Shown here: positions 24,290 through 36,252 of the stretch, piece by piece | How the letters are laid out: every line of letters begins with the position of its first letter | Position numbering within the stretch: position 1 is the first letter of the stretch | DNA from: Chlorokybus atmophyticus | Taxonomy: Eukaryota; Plantae; Mesostigma and Chlorokybus algae | Reading direction: 5' to 3' | Assembly: GCA_009103225.1 (NCBI GenBank) | Contig: RHPI01000797.1 | Coordinates: 908,925-972,924 of the forward strand | Length of the DNA stretch: 64,000 bases | Notes under the pieces: generated by a model | What the model was told of the DNA's origin: nothing | What the model saw: only the letters and a program-made list of their open reading frames with translations | The model's database searches: none | Made by a program: the position numbers and the translations under genes

Positions 24290-25900
24290 TCTCGGACATT
24301 GACGATAACGAGATAAAGCCTTTCAGCTCGACAAACTCGCTGCGCATCACCGGACGCGCTGGTTCTACCCCGCTTAATGACTTCATCATCAGTTCCACTC
24401 CAAGATGCGTCAGCAAGCCCTCACCAGCAAGAACTGGTCAGATATTGTGTCATTCCATGCCATGGCTTGGTATCTTGATTCAGAGGCACATGATGTGTAG
24501 AAATGCATTGATATCCTGCACAAAGTTGATGGCTATGGCGAGCTCGCCATCACCATAGCATTCACATCACTGCACAGCTCTGTAGCTGTTGCCCCTGCCA
24601 CAGTTGTCCCTCCAGCTTCAGTCACCGGCCTTGCTTTGGCTGCAGCTATGCAAAAAGCGGAGAACGAAGAGGGCGAGATGGTTGTTGCCTCGTTAAAGCC
24701 GTGCGAAGATCGAGGTCACGACGGCCAACCGCCGTATCAGGGTACTTTGGAACCGGACTGCTGCCATCATCAAGGAACAGCAAGATGAGCAGCAAGTTGC
24801 AGCATTGAAGATGGGTGCATTACCATTGCCAACATCGGGGTCAGGTGCTCTAGCGGGAGGCAATGTCTTCACCCTCGGGTCAGTGGTACTACGCGCACCA
24901 GCTTATTATTGTGGGTGCTGCGATGTGTAACTCTCCACGTAGGGACCTCTACGCACTACGGCGTACCTTCCCACCTAACACCAACAGTAAGGTGGAGGAG
25001 CTGAGACGCTTCCAATGGAACGAAGACCCCCTCCGGCTGTATTTGCGATTGGAAGGGCTGCTGAAGGATGCTGACTACAAGATTCTCAGTGACGAGGCAG
25101 TCGCAATGGTGTACATGACCAAGTTGGACTCCACGTTGAGTGAGTTAACGCGCTTGATGCTGAAGTACAGCCGGCCCCTTGGCTACACACTCAAATAAGC
25201 TTTCAAGATTGCACAAGCCATCCACAAAAGCGCGGTGTATAAGAAAGCGGTGCTGGACACCAACTGGAGCGCCTCATAGCCCATCCCAAGCACAAGTGTA
25301 GAGCCCCCTCGGCGAGTCTGCAATTGGCATGCTCCAGTTACTCGCAATAAAAACACACGGTCAGCACATGCTGCCCTTGTTGCTCCAATGATGTGCCATC
25401 GGTGTGGTCGGCATGGCACTATCAAACGGAGTACCCAAAGAACTATGGCAACTTTGTGTGCGACAAAACAGGTCACTTGGAGGCAGTATGCTAGCTTAAG
25501 TCCCCGAGATGCGGATTCTCCCTTTGGTACAACAGCAGCGACAATGCTGGTGACTACCGCGGCAACAACAACGGGGGCTACAAGAACAGCAACAACGCTG
25601 GTGGTCGCAACAGCTGCAACAATGCTGGTGGCTACAACCCCAACAACAACGCCGGCGCTCGCAAGGACGAGCCTGTTCACAAAGGGAAGAACCGCCCTCC
25701 GCATTATAAAGAGCCTGAGAGACGTCCGCGTGCTGGAGTTGCTGCTGTCAAAGCACCAGCCAACCCACCAGCTGTTGACCAAGTGGCAGCCCTCATGGCG
25801 CGCGTGGCATAATTGGAAGAAAACAAGGAGCAGGATTATCAAGTTTGCTACTCTGCTCGCTAGGCACTACTGGCACCAAATCGGGAGAAAGACACTCCCA
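24290..25900 (+). pseudogene. Degenerate Ty3/gypsy-type gag
   Basis: Capsid-like AMAWYLDSEAHDV(*), LRRFQWNEDPLRLYLRLEGLL, two broken CCHC knuckles (CHRCGRHG[frameshift]HYQTEY at 25391; FVCDKTGHLEAVC at ~25455) and an Asn/Gly-rich tail. Stops and frameshifts are present. No protease, RT or integrase is recognisable downstream. Confidence 0.7.
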
Positions 25901-27294
25901 CACCATCGCGTGTGCAGCCGACAAGACGTGCGCGCAGAAAAGCTGGTGCATCATCAACATCGGTACAGTCAAAAGCCATAGGTGATGCTGCCTCAGCAGC
26001 CACAACCATTGCTGAGACGACGCCGTCAATGACACCATCGGCATCCACACCAACCGCGGTAGCAGGTGCAGACACACCTGGCACCATATTGTCCCATACG
26101 ATAGAAAGCACCGACACTGCGGCAGCCACGATCGCCGAGCCTGTGGATGATGAAGACGTCACTCCTGCTCTTATTTAAGCCACAGCATCGGCCACGACTG
26201 CTGCCACCATCACTGCATCAATCTTAATTACCACGATTGCCGTGGGTGCCACCACCATCACTGTCAATGACGTTACCGCACCCTCTACAATATTGCTGGA
26301 GGTGCGGGCAGCCCCTTCACCAGCCCTCGATGTCACGCAACAAGTGCCGCATGGGCAGCAAGCAGACCGAGCTAGGCGTCCGTCCTGCACAACGTCGAGC
26401 CTACCACCATCGCATACGGCCTGGGGGCAACGCATCACACAAGTGGTAAAGGATGATCGCTTCTTGACATTTCCACCACCGGAGTATCACACCCTTTAAA
26501 AGCCCACACAACACCAGCTGGAGGATGAGATACTCGCAGGCACGGTTTCAGCTGGGGGGACTAGCTCTATGGGGTCACATACCGGCGGCCTGCAGTGTTG
26601 GAGTTGGCAATCCAGCTGTTCTTAGTATTACACGCAAGGCTGCAGAAGGCGCCCACACGGTCTCGACTGCCAATGCCCGCTCAGCAAATCGACATTGAGC
26701 CTTCACCACTCGACCCCCTTGGACTTTAGCGCCGCCAAGAGCAAAACCTCATTGTGACCACATCGAACATCCCAGTGGGCGCTGACCTGCGCTTCCAAGG
26801 CTCGTCCAAGGGAGCCGCTAAGAGCGGTTTTTAGCCCGCGAACAAGCGTATCACTATCTGAGGGACCAAGTAGCACAGGTGGATGCGCGCCAACAGGTGT
26901 ATGAGGCACCTTGCGCAAATGCTGGTCAACCTGCAGCGGCATCCGATGTCTCCGGTCCCTCAAGTACACTAGCATTAGTGCCACCATAATCAACCATAGG
27001 CGCTTTGCACGGGCAAGCAACTGCTGCTGACCAAGCGAGGGCGTTAGCGCGACGATCGAAGGGCCCCGGGGTAATCGCCCCGCTACCGCCAGCTGTGGTT
27101 GAGGATATGCCTGAAAATTAGCGAGATGCAGGGTGAGGCTACCTCACCCCACAAGGGAACACCACACAAAGAGGAAGAGCTGGCATGGTAGGAGAGCAAC
27201 AACTCCGTACCGTCCTCATACAATAAACCATCATGCTACACAAATCCGAGGGCATTGGATTACAATAGATGATGGGGATGCAAGAGGGCAGCGC

Positions 27295-27408
27295 AATCGA
27301 ACCCGGGTCTCAAGCTCCGAGACCAATGTCACTGCCAACTCGACCATAAAAGACTTGGTGCTCTTATAGTCGATGTGTGGTAATACTAGGGTGGAGATTA
27401 ACTCCACA
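27295..27408 (-). mobile_element. Third LTR-related copy with adjacent degenerate PBS
   Basis: 27295-27380 is a direct copy of 24045-24128 (AATCGAACCCGGGTCTCAAGCTCCGAGACCAATGTCAC...TCGACCATAAAAGACTTGGTGC). It diverges after ~27385, so the outer boundary is uncertain. Confidence 0.75.
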
Positions 27409-28852
27409 TGTCCGCACCACTCAACCTCAGCGGATATGCTGCCAAAGAGCACTTGTTGTTACACAAGCTGGGTTATCTTTCGCTTTTGCTAAGCGCTATA
27501 AGACATGCTACAGCATGTTGCAGTAGCGTGTCCAGCAAGCATGTCTTTCCCTTCAACTATCCGAGACAGCATGACCCTCGACTCTCCTCGGCCCGACAAT
27601 TTCAACATTTTCGTTAACAACATTGTGTTCAAGTGAATACGCGTCAACAAAATACAATGTCATGATTACTTATGTAATTATGAAATACTGAACACGGATC
27701 ACGTTGTTCCCATCTTCGCCTTGCCTTGCCTATTGCAACCAACCATTGCACTGCATTGCACGCAGGCATATAATAAATGGGTTTGGAGGTGGGTAAAGTT
27801 GAAGCTATATTCCTAAACCTTATTTCTTGTTTAAACAATTCGTATGATGGGCGATATTCGAGCTCGAAAGCGATCACTTGCCTTGCATGATATCGCCCAT
27901 CATATCAAGTGCGGATTTCATGCTGTGTGGCCATGGTGCAAAAAGAATTTGGTCCGTTTGCATGTACCATCATACTGTACGTATTAAGCATGTGGTAAAG
28001 CTATGGTAGCTATTGCAAGAGCAGGTAACCGTATGCATTTATATACTAATATCATATAAAGTTGTTACTATAGCTAGGTATTTAAGAGGCCATCTTACAG
28101 CAGTATTTAGCGAAACGTGTTAATGTATATGAAACGATTACTGAACGTACATACGACGTAATCATCTTGCATTGACGTTATGTATACATCATCGACACAA
28201 ACCTTTACTAAGTAAGCAAATGCGTTTATGTGAGATGAGGTTTGTAAATGCAAACATTTTCAAGCATACAACTAACTGCTTTTTGAGTGTCATACTTATG
28301 TATTTATTTTGATGTTGTGTTTTACTTAATTATAAACATTAACAGAAAGTGTTAACACTGAGGATGTAAATGTACACTTAAGTGTACATGTAAAGTGAGC
28401 CGCTTGCCCCCGCATTATTGACTCAAGATATCTATTCAACGATGGATATACATGCATCGTTGGGTAGGGTAAATCGCCTCAACTTCGTAGTCGCCCCCAA
28501 TTTTGTAAAAGGTGGTTAACAAGTGTTGTAAGGCGCATTTCAACCCCGATTGGCTTGAGACCAATATGATAACTACTAGGCATGTGTAGGCTTGTAATGA
28601 TCCGAGAATTGTTATAAACGGACAAGTATGGCAGTTATTTATATATAAGTGTATAAGGTCCAATAGCCTGATGGCAATAAGCACATTTTTCGTGTCGGTG
28701 ATGATGTGACTTTGTTTTATCATAACGTTGACAGCTGTTGGTTAAATACAATAAATGCAAACGACTCCTCTCGTAATGCTTTATCTGTTTGTATATTGAT
28801 CTGTTTATATGTTTTCATTACGTTTGACGTAGTGATGTAAATGTTACATGGA

Positions 28853-29403
<551 letters not shown>

Positions 29404-30207
29404 GGGATTCCGCATAACAATTTGAGTGAAGTGTGAAAGTAGCAAATGTTGGCTGTTGGGTTTGAGATTTGGCTTGGCGCCTCATTCTAACGTGCTAGGC
29501 TGTTTGAAATGCGCTAAGGTAGTGGTCAATGCACTGCAAGTCGATTGTAATGGCCTGATAAACCTCATGGTGAGGGCTAGGGGTTGTTGAAGTCCGCATT
29601 TCAAGCAAAGGTGTATGCAAGTTAATGCATGCAAGTGTGAGTATTGTGAATAGCAAAGAGGCAGCCAGTTTAGTGCAAAGTTTGCTTAAGGGTACGAGTC
29701 CTAGCTACCTCTACCTCTACCTCTACACCACCCAAGACTGCCATTATTTATTACAGCCAGCAGAAGAGCACGGGTGGGTGATGTATGCATCTGCACAGCA
29801 TCATCAACATTGTGGCCCCGTCCCACGCAGACCACCCATGTCTTACATGTTACTGCTCGTGTGTACAGGGCAGCAAGCGCGTGAGATCCAAGACCCCACG
29901 CAGCAAAGGTCCCTGAGGCAGCTACTTAAAGCACTCAGACAACCTGAAAGACATAGCAAGGGTTCAACCCTTGCTATGTCTTACTCACAGTTGACAGCAC
30001 TTACAAGTTGTAAGTGCTGTCAACCGTGATTGCATGTCGGTGGGCATTGCCACTGCAGAGTTGAACATGCCACAACTTTGCGTGACTACCGCATGCGCTC
30101 AAGAAACTGCCAAGTTCAGTACACAGAGCAAGGGCCGCTGCACGTGTAAGCAATATTATGAATGCATATGAGTTAGGATGGCATATGCAAGCAGCTGATC
30201 TGATGCC

Positions 30208-31730
30208 TTGTGCAACTGCGCACAGGGGTTCAAGTGCTCAACTTCTGCTGATGCACAGGAGGAGGACCTGGCTGAGTACGCGCAAGCAAGTAAGCAAGTA
30301 GGACGTGCTATGACATGGACAGAGATCTGCTTTGCAGGAGGCAAACGTCTTGCCAAGGACAGAAGAAGCTTGCAGTTGAAACATGGTGTACCTGGACAGA
30401 ACTGGTGTGATGCATATGAAGCTAAAAGGAACCTTTCATCCCGCAAGGCTAAAGCTTTGGATCGCTTATGCAGGGTGGGCCTCAGCAGGCTCGTGGTGGA
30501 GCACTGCTTCAACCTGCTAAAAGAGGTTGTGTAAAGGACTTGGGTGTGGGACATGACAGAGTCATCTCCGCGAACGAGATAAGGATTAAACCTGACACAG
30601 CAATGCAAATTAGAGAATCATAGTGGCAAGGTATGTGTATCCATGCGTGTGCAATGCATGAGCACAACAACTGTGTGCACAATGTGTGACATACATGTGA
30701 TGGAACGCAGTGGTTCCAAGTGCGCACAAGCTGCGACGACAGGCTCAAGAGAACAAGTTACTATCATGGCAGCGGTCTCAGGAGCTGGCTATGCATTTCC
30801 CCCTTGGTGATACTTAAAGGACAGAGATTGAGCAAGGATAGTAGTGGCTTTGCAAAGGAAGTGTCGCTTGCCCGCTTCAAGGCACAGGACATTGCTTGCA
30901 ATGGGATGACCACCGAGATGTTTGTGGTGTGGTTGGAGATGATACACCACACTCCAAGAGGCGTCTCTGTTACCAAGCCTGCCCTGCTTGTAATTGATGG
31001 ACATGTTAGCCGTCACAACGCTGCCATGGTCACCTTTGCCAGAGAGCATAGCCTGCACGTCCTCATCCTTCCACCCCACACTACCTACAGACTGCAACTT
31101 GATTGAGTATGGGACGTGAGATGCTTTCATCTATTTAAGGAAGAGTACCGCAAGCAATATGCAGCAAGGCAAAGACAACGTTACAACTTCCACCGGAGTC
31201 GAGAGGAGTTTTAGCGCATGCTCGTGCAAGCTATCTATGCAGCCATGGCACCTCAAACCATAAACGGCTTTTGTGCATGCGGATTGTGGCCTTTGAACAA
31301 GCACTGTGTGGACAAGTACCTTCCACGTGTGCTGCCGGAAGGACTCCTGGGTGCTTTGCTGAAAGCCATCAATGCTGAGGACGCTGCAAAGCCTAGTGCC
31401 CCCAACCTAGAGGTGGATGACTGCACCACCGGCATAGAAGCTCCAACGAAGACGAGGAGAGGGCTGAAGGCTGCCCACCTCCTCATCAGTGTGCAGATGC
31501 ATGCAATGTTGAAAGAGCAGGACAATGAGAAGGAACAATGCGAAGGAACAAAGTAGGCAAGCCAAGCTGAGAAGGCAAGAAGAAAAGGCTGACAAGGCTG
31601 AGGCTGCAAAGCACGCAGCTGCTTAGAAGGCAGCCGTACAAGCAGCCAAAAAGGCTGCCAGTGAAGCCAAGAAATTCCTGGAGGCAATGGAGAAAGAGGA
31701 GAGGAGAGCGGCTAGGCACGACAAGCAGCT
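30208..31730 (+). pseudogene. Decayed pogo/Tigger-like (CENP-B HTH + DDE_1) transposase
   Basis: HTH-like QEEDLAEYAQASKQVGRAMTWTEI; DDE motif LLVIDGHVSRH...LILPPHTTYRLQLD* (the usual LQPLD is broken); several stops and frameshifts; Lys/Ala/Glu coiled tail. TIRs not found. Confidence 0.8.
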
Positions 31731-32856
31731 CTAAAGAAGGAGGCTGAGGAGATAGCCTGCAAGGAGCAGTAGCAGAGTGAGAAGATAAAGGCGGAGGCGA
31801 TGGCGATCCCATGCGGATACGAGTGGGACAGTGTCCTGTACGGCTACCAGCAAGGAGACCCTTTTGCAGATGTGGCTGAGGACTACGCAGACAACCGCTT
31901 CATCCCTCACTCAGATTATAGGGAAGCCAGAGCCCGCTGAAGAGCGAAGAGGAAAGCTGCTGCAAACAAGCCACAGTATAGCATGGTCCTTGCATGACTA
32001 TGCGCCCATGTACATAGGCCTAGACTTAGACTTAGACATACTGGAAGACATTGCAACATATATGAACCCTTACTTTCACGTTTGCTCGTGCATGCATGAC
32101 CACACACATTTACACGCACATGCTTGCATAAGCACTGCATGCACGCACAGGCTTACACACAGCAACCAAACCCTTACAAACAGGCTTCCACAAGCACAGC
32201 AATCAAAACCCTTGCTGAATATAAACACAACCAACCTACTACATACCTTGAACACGCACGCTTAGCCCAACCCACCCACGCCCACGCCTACACCACGTGT
32301 GCCAGCGCCGCCACCATGCATACAATTATGCAACAACTAACCATGCTTGGCGCCAAGGTTGCACGCAATCTTGGCGCTATGAAACGGCTGCAGGCAATAT
32401 AAGCCCATTAAGAGCCTTGAAAATGCAGCCAACACAGCCTGCACCGCCCTGCCTGCCGCTAACAGGCATTTCAACACCCCTCAGCACGCCACACGAAGAG
32501 CTGCGGTACGCCAGCGCTTTGCCGAGCGTGTGCGGCAGTACCCCATAGACTGCACAAAGTCGGACCTGGCTAACCGGAACGCAAAGTAGGCGGCCATGAA
32601 AGCCGTAGCGGTAGCGGTCTGCAATCGCCGAAGCCAGGGCGTTGCCAAGCAAGTCAGTGCACGCACACTGCATTCTATACCACGTCCACACCAATAAACG
32701 CAGGAACAAGCACACGCACATGCTTGTGTGCACACAAGCGTACACACTACTATTTTGTATACACACTCGTACTCACCTATGCCCGTGCAACGCACGGGCA
32801 CACGCAAATGAACACGCAGATGGTCTGACACACGCATCACACGGCTTGACGTTCAA

Positions 32857-33205
32857 GGACCAGATATGGTCCTTCCACGGACCTCGCGCACCATACATGG
32901 TCCGTCCGCCGCGGGCCAGGACTGCCTGGTCCGCGGGGGACAGACCGTTCCTGGTCCGTTCGGGGCCCCGAATCCTGGTGCGTGGTCGCGCACCGGACAT
33001 GGTGCGGCCGGATCAGATATACCACCGGTTCGATCGGCCGCGAAAGTCTGGACCATGCATGGTGCGCAGTCGGACCACTGGTCCGGGACCAGGCATGTTT
33101 CCGGTTCGATTATCACTGGGTATACGGACCATGCGTGGTCTGCGACTGTCAATGAATGGAACTTTAATGCGACAGTCCATGGTTGTACGAACCATGCATG
33201 GTGCG
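32857..33205. repeat. Array of ~8 dyad motifs GGACCA-N4-TGGTCC (left cluster)
   Basis: e.g. 32857 GGACCAGATATGGTCC, 32888 GCACCATACATGGTCC, 33050 GGACCATGCATGGTGC, 33126 GGACCATGCGTGGTCT, 33189 GAACCATGCATGGTGC. Confidence 0.85.
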
Positions 33206-33733
33206 TACTAGGGTTTGTACCTACGCCTCGCTGACTTGGCAGATCAGCACATGCAAGCTGTACACGTCAGCAGAGTTAGCCCGAAGACTGTACGAGCTTG
33301 ACAGCAGGACTGTCGTTGCTGGGACTGGAGCGGTGGAGGCGGCGGCTGCGGCAAACGGTAGGTGGTCTTGATAGCTTGGCATGTGAGTTTGCTGCCTTTG
33401 CTCAGTCCAACAACAGCAGCATTCGTGCACAATTGAAGCAGCAGTTTGTTCGTTGCAGAATACGCGAGCACAACCAGTAGTGCAGCTGCAGCAGCCATGG
33501 TCACATGGTACACAGTACGCGTTTAGTACGTGAGCGGTGGTGTACGCGTACATACATGTACCCATTTATGCCAGTACGTGGCAGTACGCTACAGTGGCAG
33601 TTTTGTCGTGTTGCTTCACGAGCATCAAGCATGCTACTTGCGTACATGTGCACAACAGTAAACAATGAGCAGAGAACACTATGTTACAGCGAAGCATGTG
33701 TGCAGACATAGCCCATCACATGTGTCTGCCTAG

Positions 33734-36252
33734 TTACACCGAGTAATCATCAGACTCGCCCCCCTCATCATCATTACTAGACAACACGTCCACATCAGAG
33801 TCTGCCTCCCACTCAACAAACTCCTGCACATAATGTGGGTTGTGGATCTTCTTCAGCTGCCTCAAGTTGGTGAAGACAAACACCAACTTCTCTGCCCTGC
33901 GTGCTTGCAGCCGATTCCTTCTCTTTGAGTGGATGAAGTCGTACGTGCTCCAGGATCTCTCACAGCTACAAGCTGATGATGGTTGAGCCAACACGCGCAT
34001 CGCTAGCTGCTGCAACTCGGGTACACTACCACCATACATGTGCCACCAAGCATGCGCGGGCATTGTGAGAGCCGCTCGTTGCACTGCCTCTTTGCCGAAC
34101 AGCCCCATCTTACTTCGGTACATGTGTAGCTGTTGCAACGCCAAGTCAACCTTGTCATGGGACTGCAGGACCCTCTCCACCATCGTTGCAAAGCCTTCCA
34201 TAACTTCCTCATTGGTGTGCTGCTCATGACCCCAATATTCGGGATCCAGCACATAGCCTGCTGCATGCATGTCACTATGCAGCATGATCCACCTGTCCCT
34301 CCAACAGGCGCGCACATCAAGTCGTTGTTGTTCAGTCATGCCCTTCAGATGCTTGAGCTGGTCGCCAACACGAAACATCTTGGCGTACACTTTGCCTATG
34401 GTGGGCAAGTTCCCATCAACCAAACGCAGCAGATCCACGATGGGGGCCGACACCGCATTCACTAATGCCACTTGTGACCAGAAATCTGGTGCCAAGATCA
34501 ACGCTCTGACTGCAGCAGCTTCTTGCTTATGCACACCCTTGTCGGCCCAAGCCTTCCAGTCCCTGCTCACCACCACCTCGTCGAGAGCGTCTTTGACCTC
34601 GACTAGCCTTGCAAGAGTTATGAATGACGTTGCGAAGCGAGTATCTCCTGCACAACAAGTAGCTATGAGCAAACAAGCACGCGCATGACATGAGCATGCA
34701 TGCATGCGCGGGCAATCAGCTGCAATTTCACATGGTTGCTGTCTACCATTAATCTTGCGCTTGTACTAAGTTGATCTCTAACTACACACATGCACGCATG
34801 CTATTTCACCTGGCTTGAGCAGCTCTAGCTTGGCTTTGGAGCGGAAGATGGCCAAGGAACGATGGTGGTTGGTAATGAACTTCACTATGCGTTTGCCATC
34901 AGCCACCACGCTTTTAACCCACTCCAACTTGCCTATATCCTCAAGCAATAAGTCCAAGCAATGCGCGGTGCACGGCGTCCATGTGATGTGCGGGTATTCG
35001 CTAGTGATCAGACGTGCAGCAGCTACGCACACGCTTGCATTGTCCATGACAACTTGTATCACATTCGCGGACCCCACCTGCAAGTTACACACATAAGTAC
35101 TTGTGTTGTGTGCGTGTATGAGCATGCGTGTGTGATGCATGTGCTCACAAAGTGCTGCCAGTCAGTGCGTGCATGTGTCACACGCATAAGTACTTGTGTT
35201 GTGTGCGAGCATGAGCATGCGCGTGTAATGCATGTGCTCACAAAGTGCTGCCAGTCAGTGCATGCATGTGTCACACGCATGCGTACTTGTGTCGGGTGCG
35301 AGCATGAGCATGCGCGTGTGATGCATGTGCTCATAAAGTGCTGCCAGTCAGTGCTTGCATGTGTTACTTAGCATGGTTGTGTACACAATCTATAATGGCA
35401 ATGAACGAGTGCACCACTTACTTCATCAATGGTGGAGATCAGCTGCTCGGATACATACTCCGCCGTCTTCTCCTTCCCTTCCGTGTTGATTGCTTGAAGA
35501 AAAACTTCTCCTTTAGGACTCACCATGAGCACATTCAACAATGGACGGTTGGACGTGTCCGACCATCCATCGCTAGCAATTGTGCATGAGGTTTCTCGTG
35601 TTGAGTCCTTGATGACTGCAAGTTCGCCATTCACCCTAGCATACTCCTTTTCCAACAAGGTTGTGCGAAGCGCCTCGGATGAGGGAGGGGTATATGAAGC
35701 GCCAAACTTGCCAACCGCTTTCATTGCTGCGATAAAGTAAGGGGACCTTGCCACGTTGAAGGGGATGCCATTGCTGAAGAAAAACCGAGCAATGGCTTCA
35801 TCCACATGCGCTTTATCCCCACGCTTGAAAGTTGCATCAAGAGTTTGTTGTTGACTAGAAGGAACGGTGGCGCTTGAATCTATAGCACAATGTGATTGAT
35901 TTGATGCGTGATGAGCAGCACCACTGCTTGCCAAGCTTCAATGCATGCACGCATGCATTCAAGTACCTGCACCAGCATCCCCAATGGCGGATGTGAGTTG
36001 ATCTAGCAAGTCCAACCTCCTCCTCTTCTCACCCTCTTTCTCCTTGTCTTTCTTGGCTTGTGTAAGTTGCAAGACGATCTCCTCGGGAGGGGTTGTGCAC
36101 TTGGTGACTCCACGTTCACCACTCAGATGGGCACCAATACGTGAAACACTTCCTGTCCACTCGTGCTCGCAATAAACACACCTCACACGAAAGTTGCCAT
36201 GAGGCTTTCTCTCTATTATGTCGACGTGCTTCCACAGCGCACTTTGCGTCAT
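33734..36252 (-). CDS. hAT transposase (BED finger, DUF659-type core, hATC dimerisation domain), 4 exons, ~641 aa
   Basis: Exons 36252-35967, 35879-35422, 35077-34810 and 34647-33734 total 1926 nt in frame with no stop. Motifs: LWKHV..CVYC..HL..C (BED), IASDGWSD, VMDNAS, CTAHCLDL, TRFAT, WW..YG...PEL..LA.RVL, CERSWS. Confidence 0.9.
35086..35368. repeat. 93-bp tandem repeat x3 in intron 2 of the hAT transposase
   Basis: The unit recurs with period 93 (anchor ...GTAC ending at 35100, 35193, 35286). Confidence 0.9.

Noticed and set aside
23562-27408. Short palindromic direct repeats that superficially resemble a CRISPR array
   Set aside because: There are only 3-4 copies at irregular spacing (tens of bp to 3 kb), with PBS/PPT and gag context and no cas genes, in a eukaryotic genome. 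LTR origin explains them.
32377-32660. Exon-like stretch left of the dyad array, readable on either strand
   Set aside because: The strand and frame could not be decided and no family motif was recognisable; left unannotated as probable TE debris.
34961-35371. Cys/His-rich 31-aa repeat ORF
   Set aside because: It is the translation of the 93-bp intronic tandem repeat of the hAT transposase.
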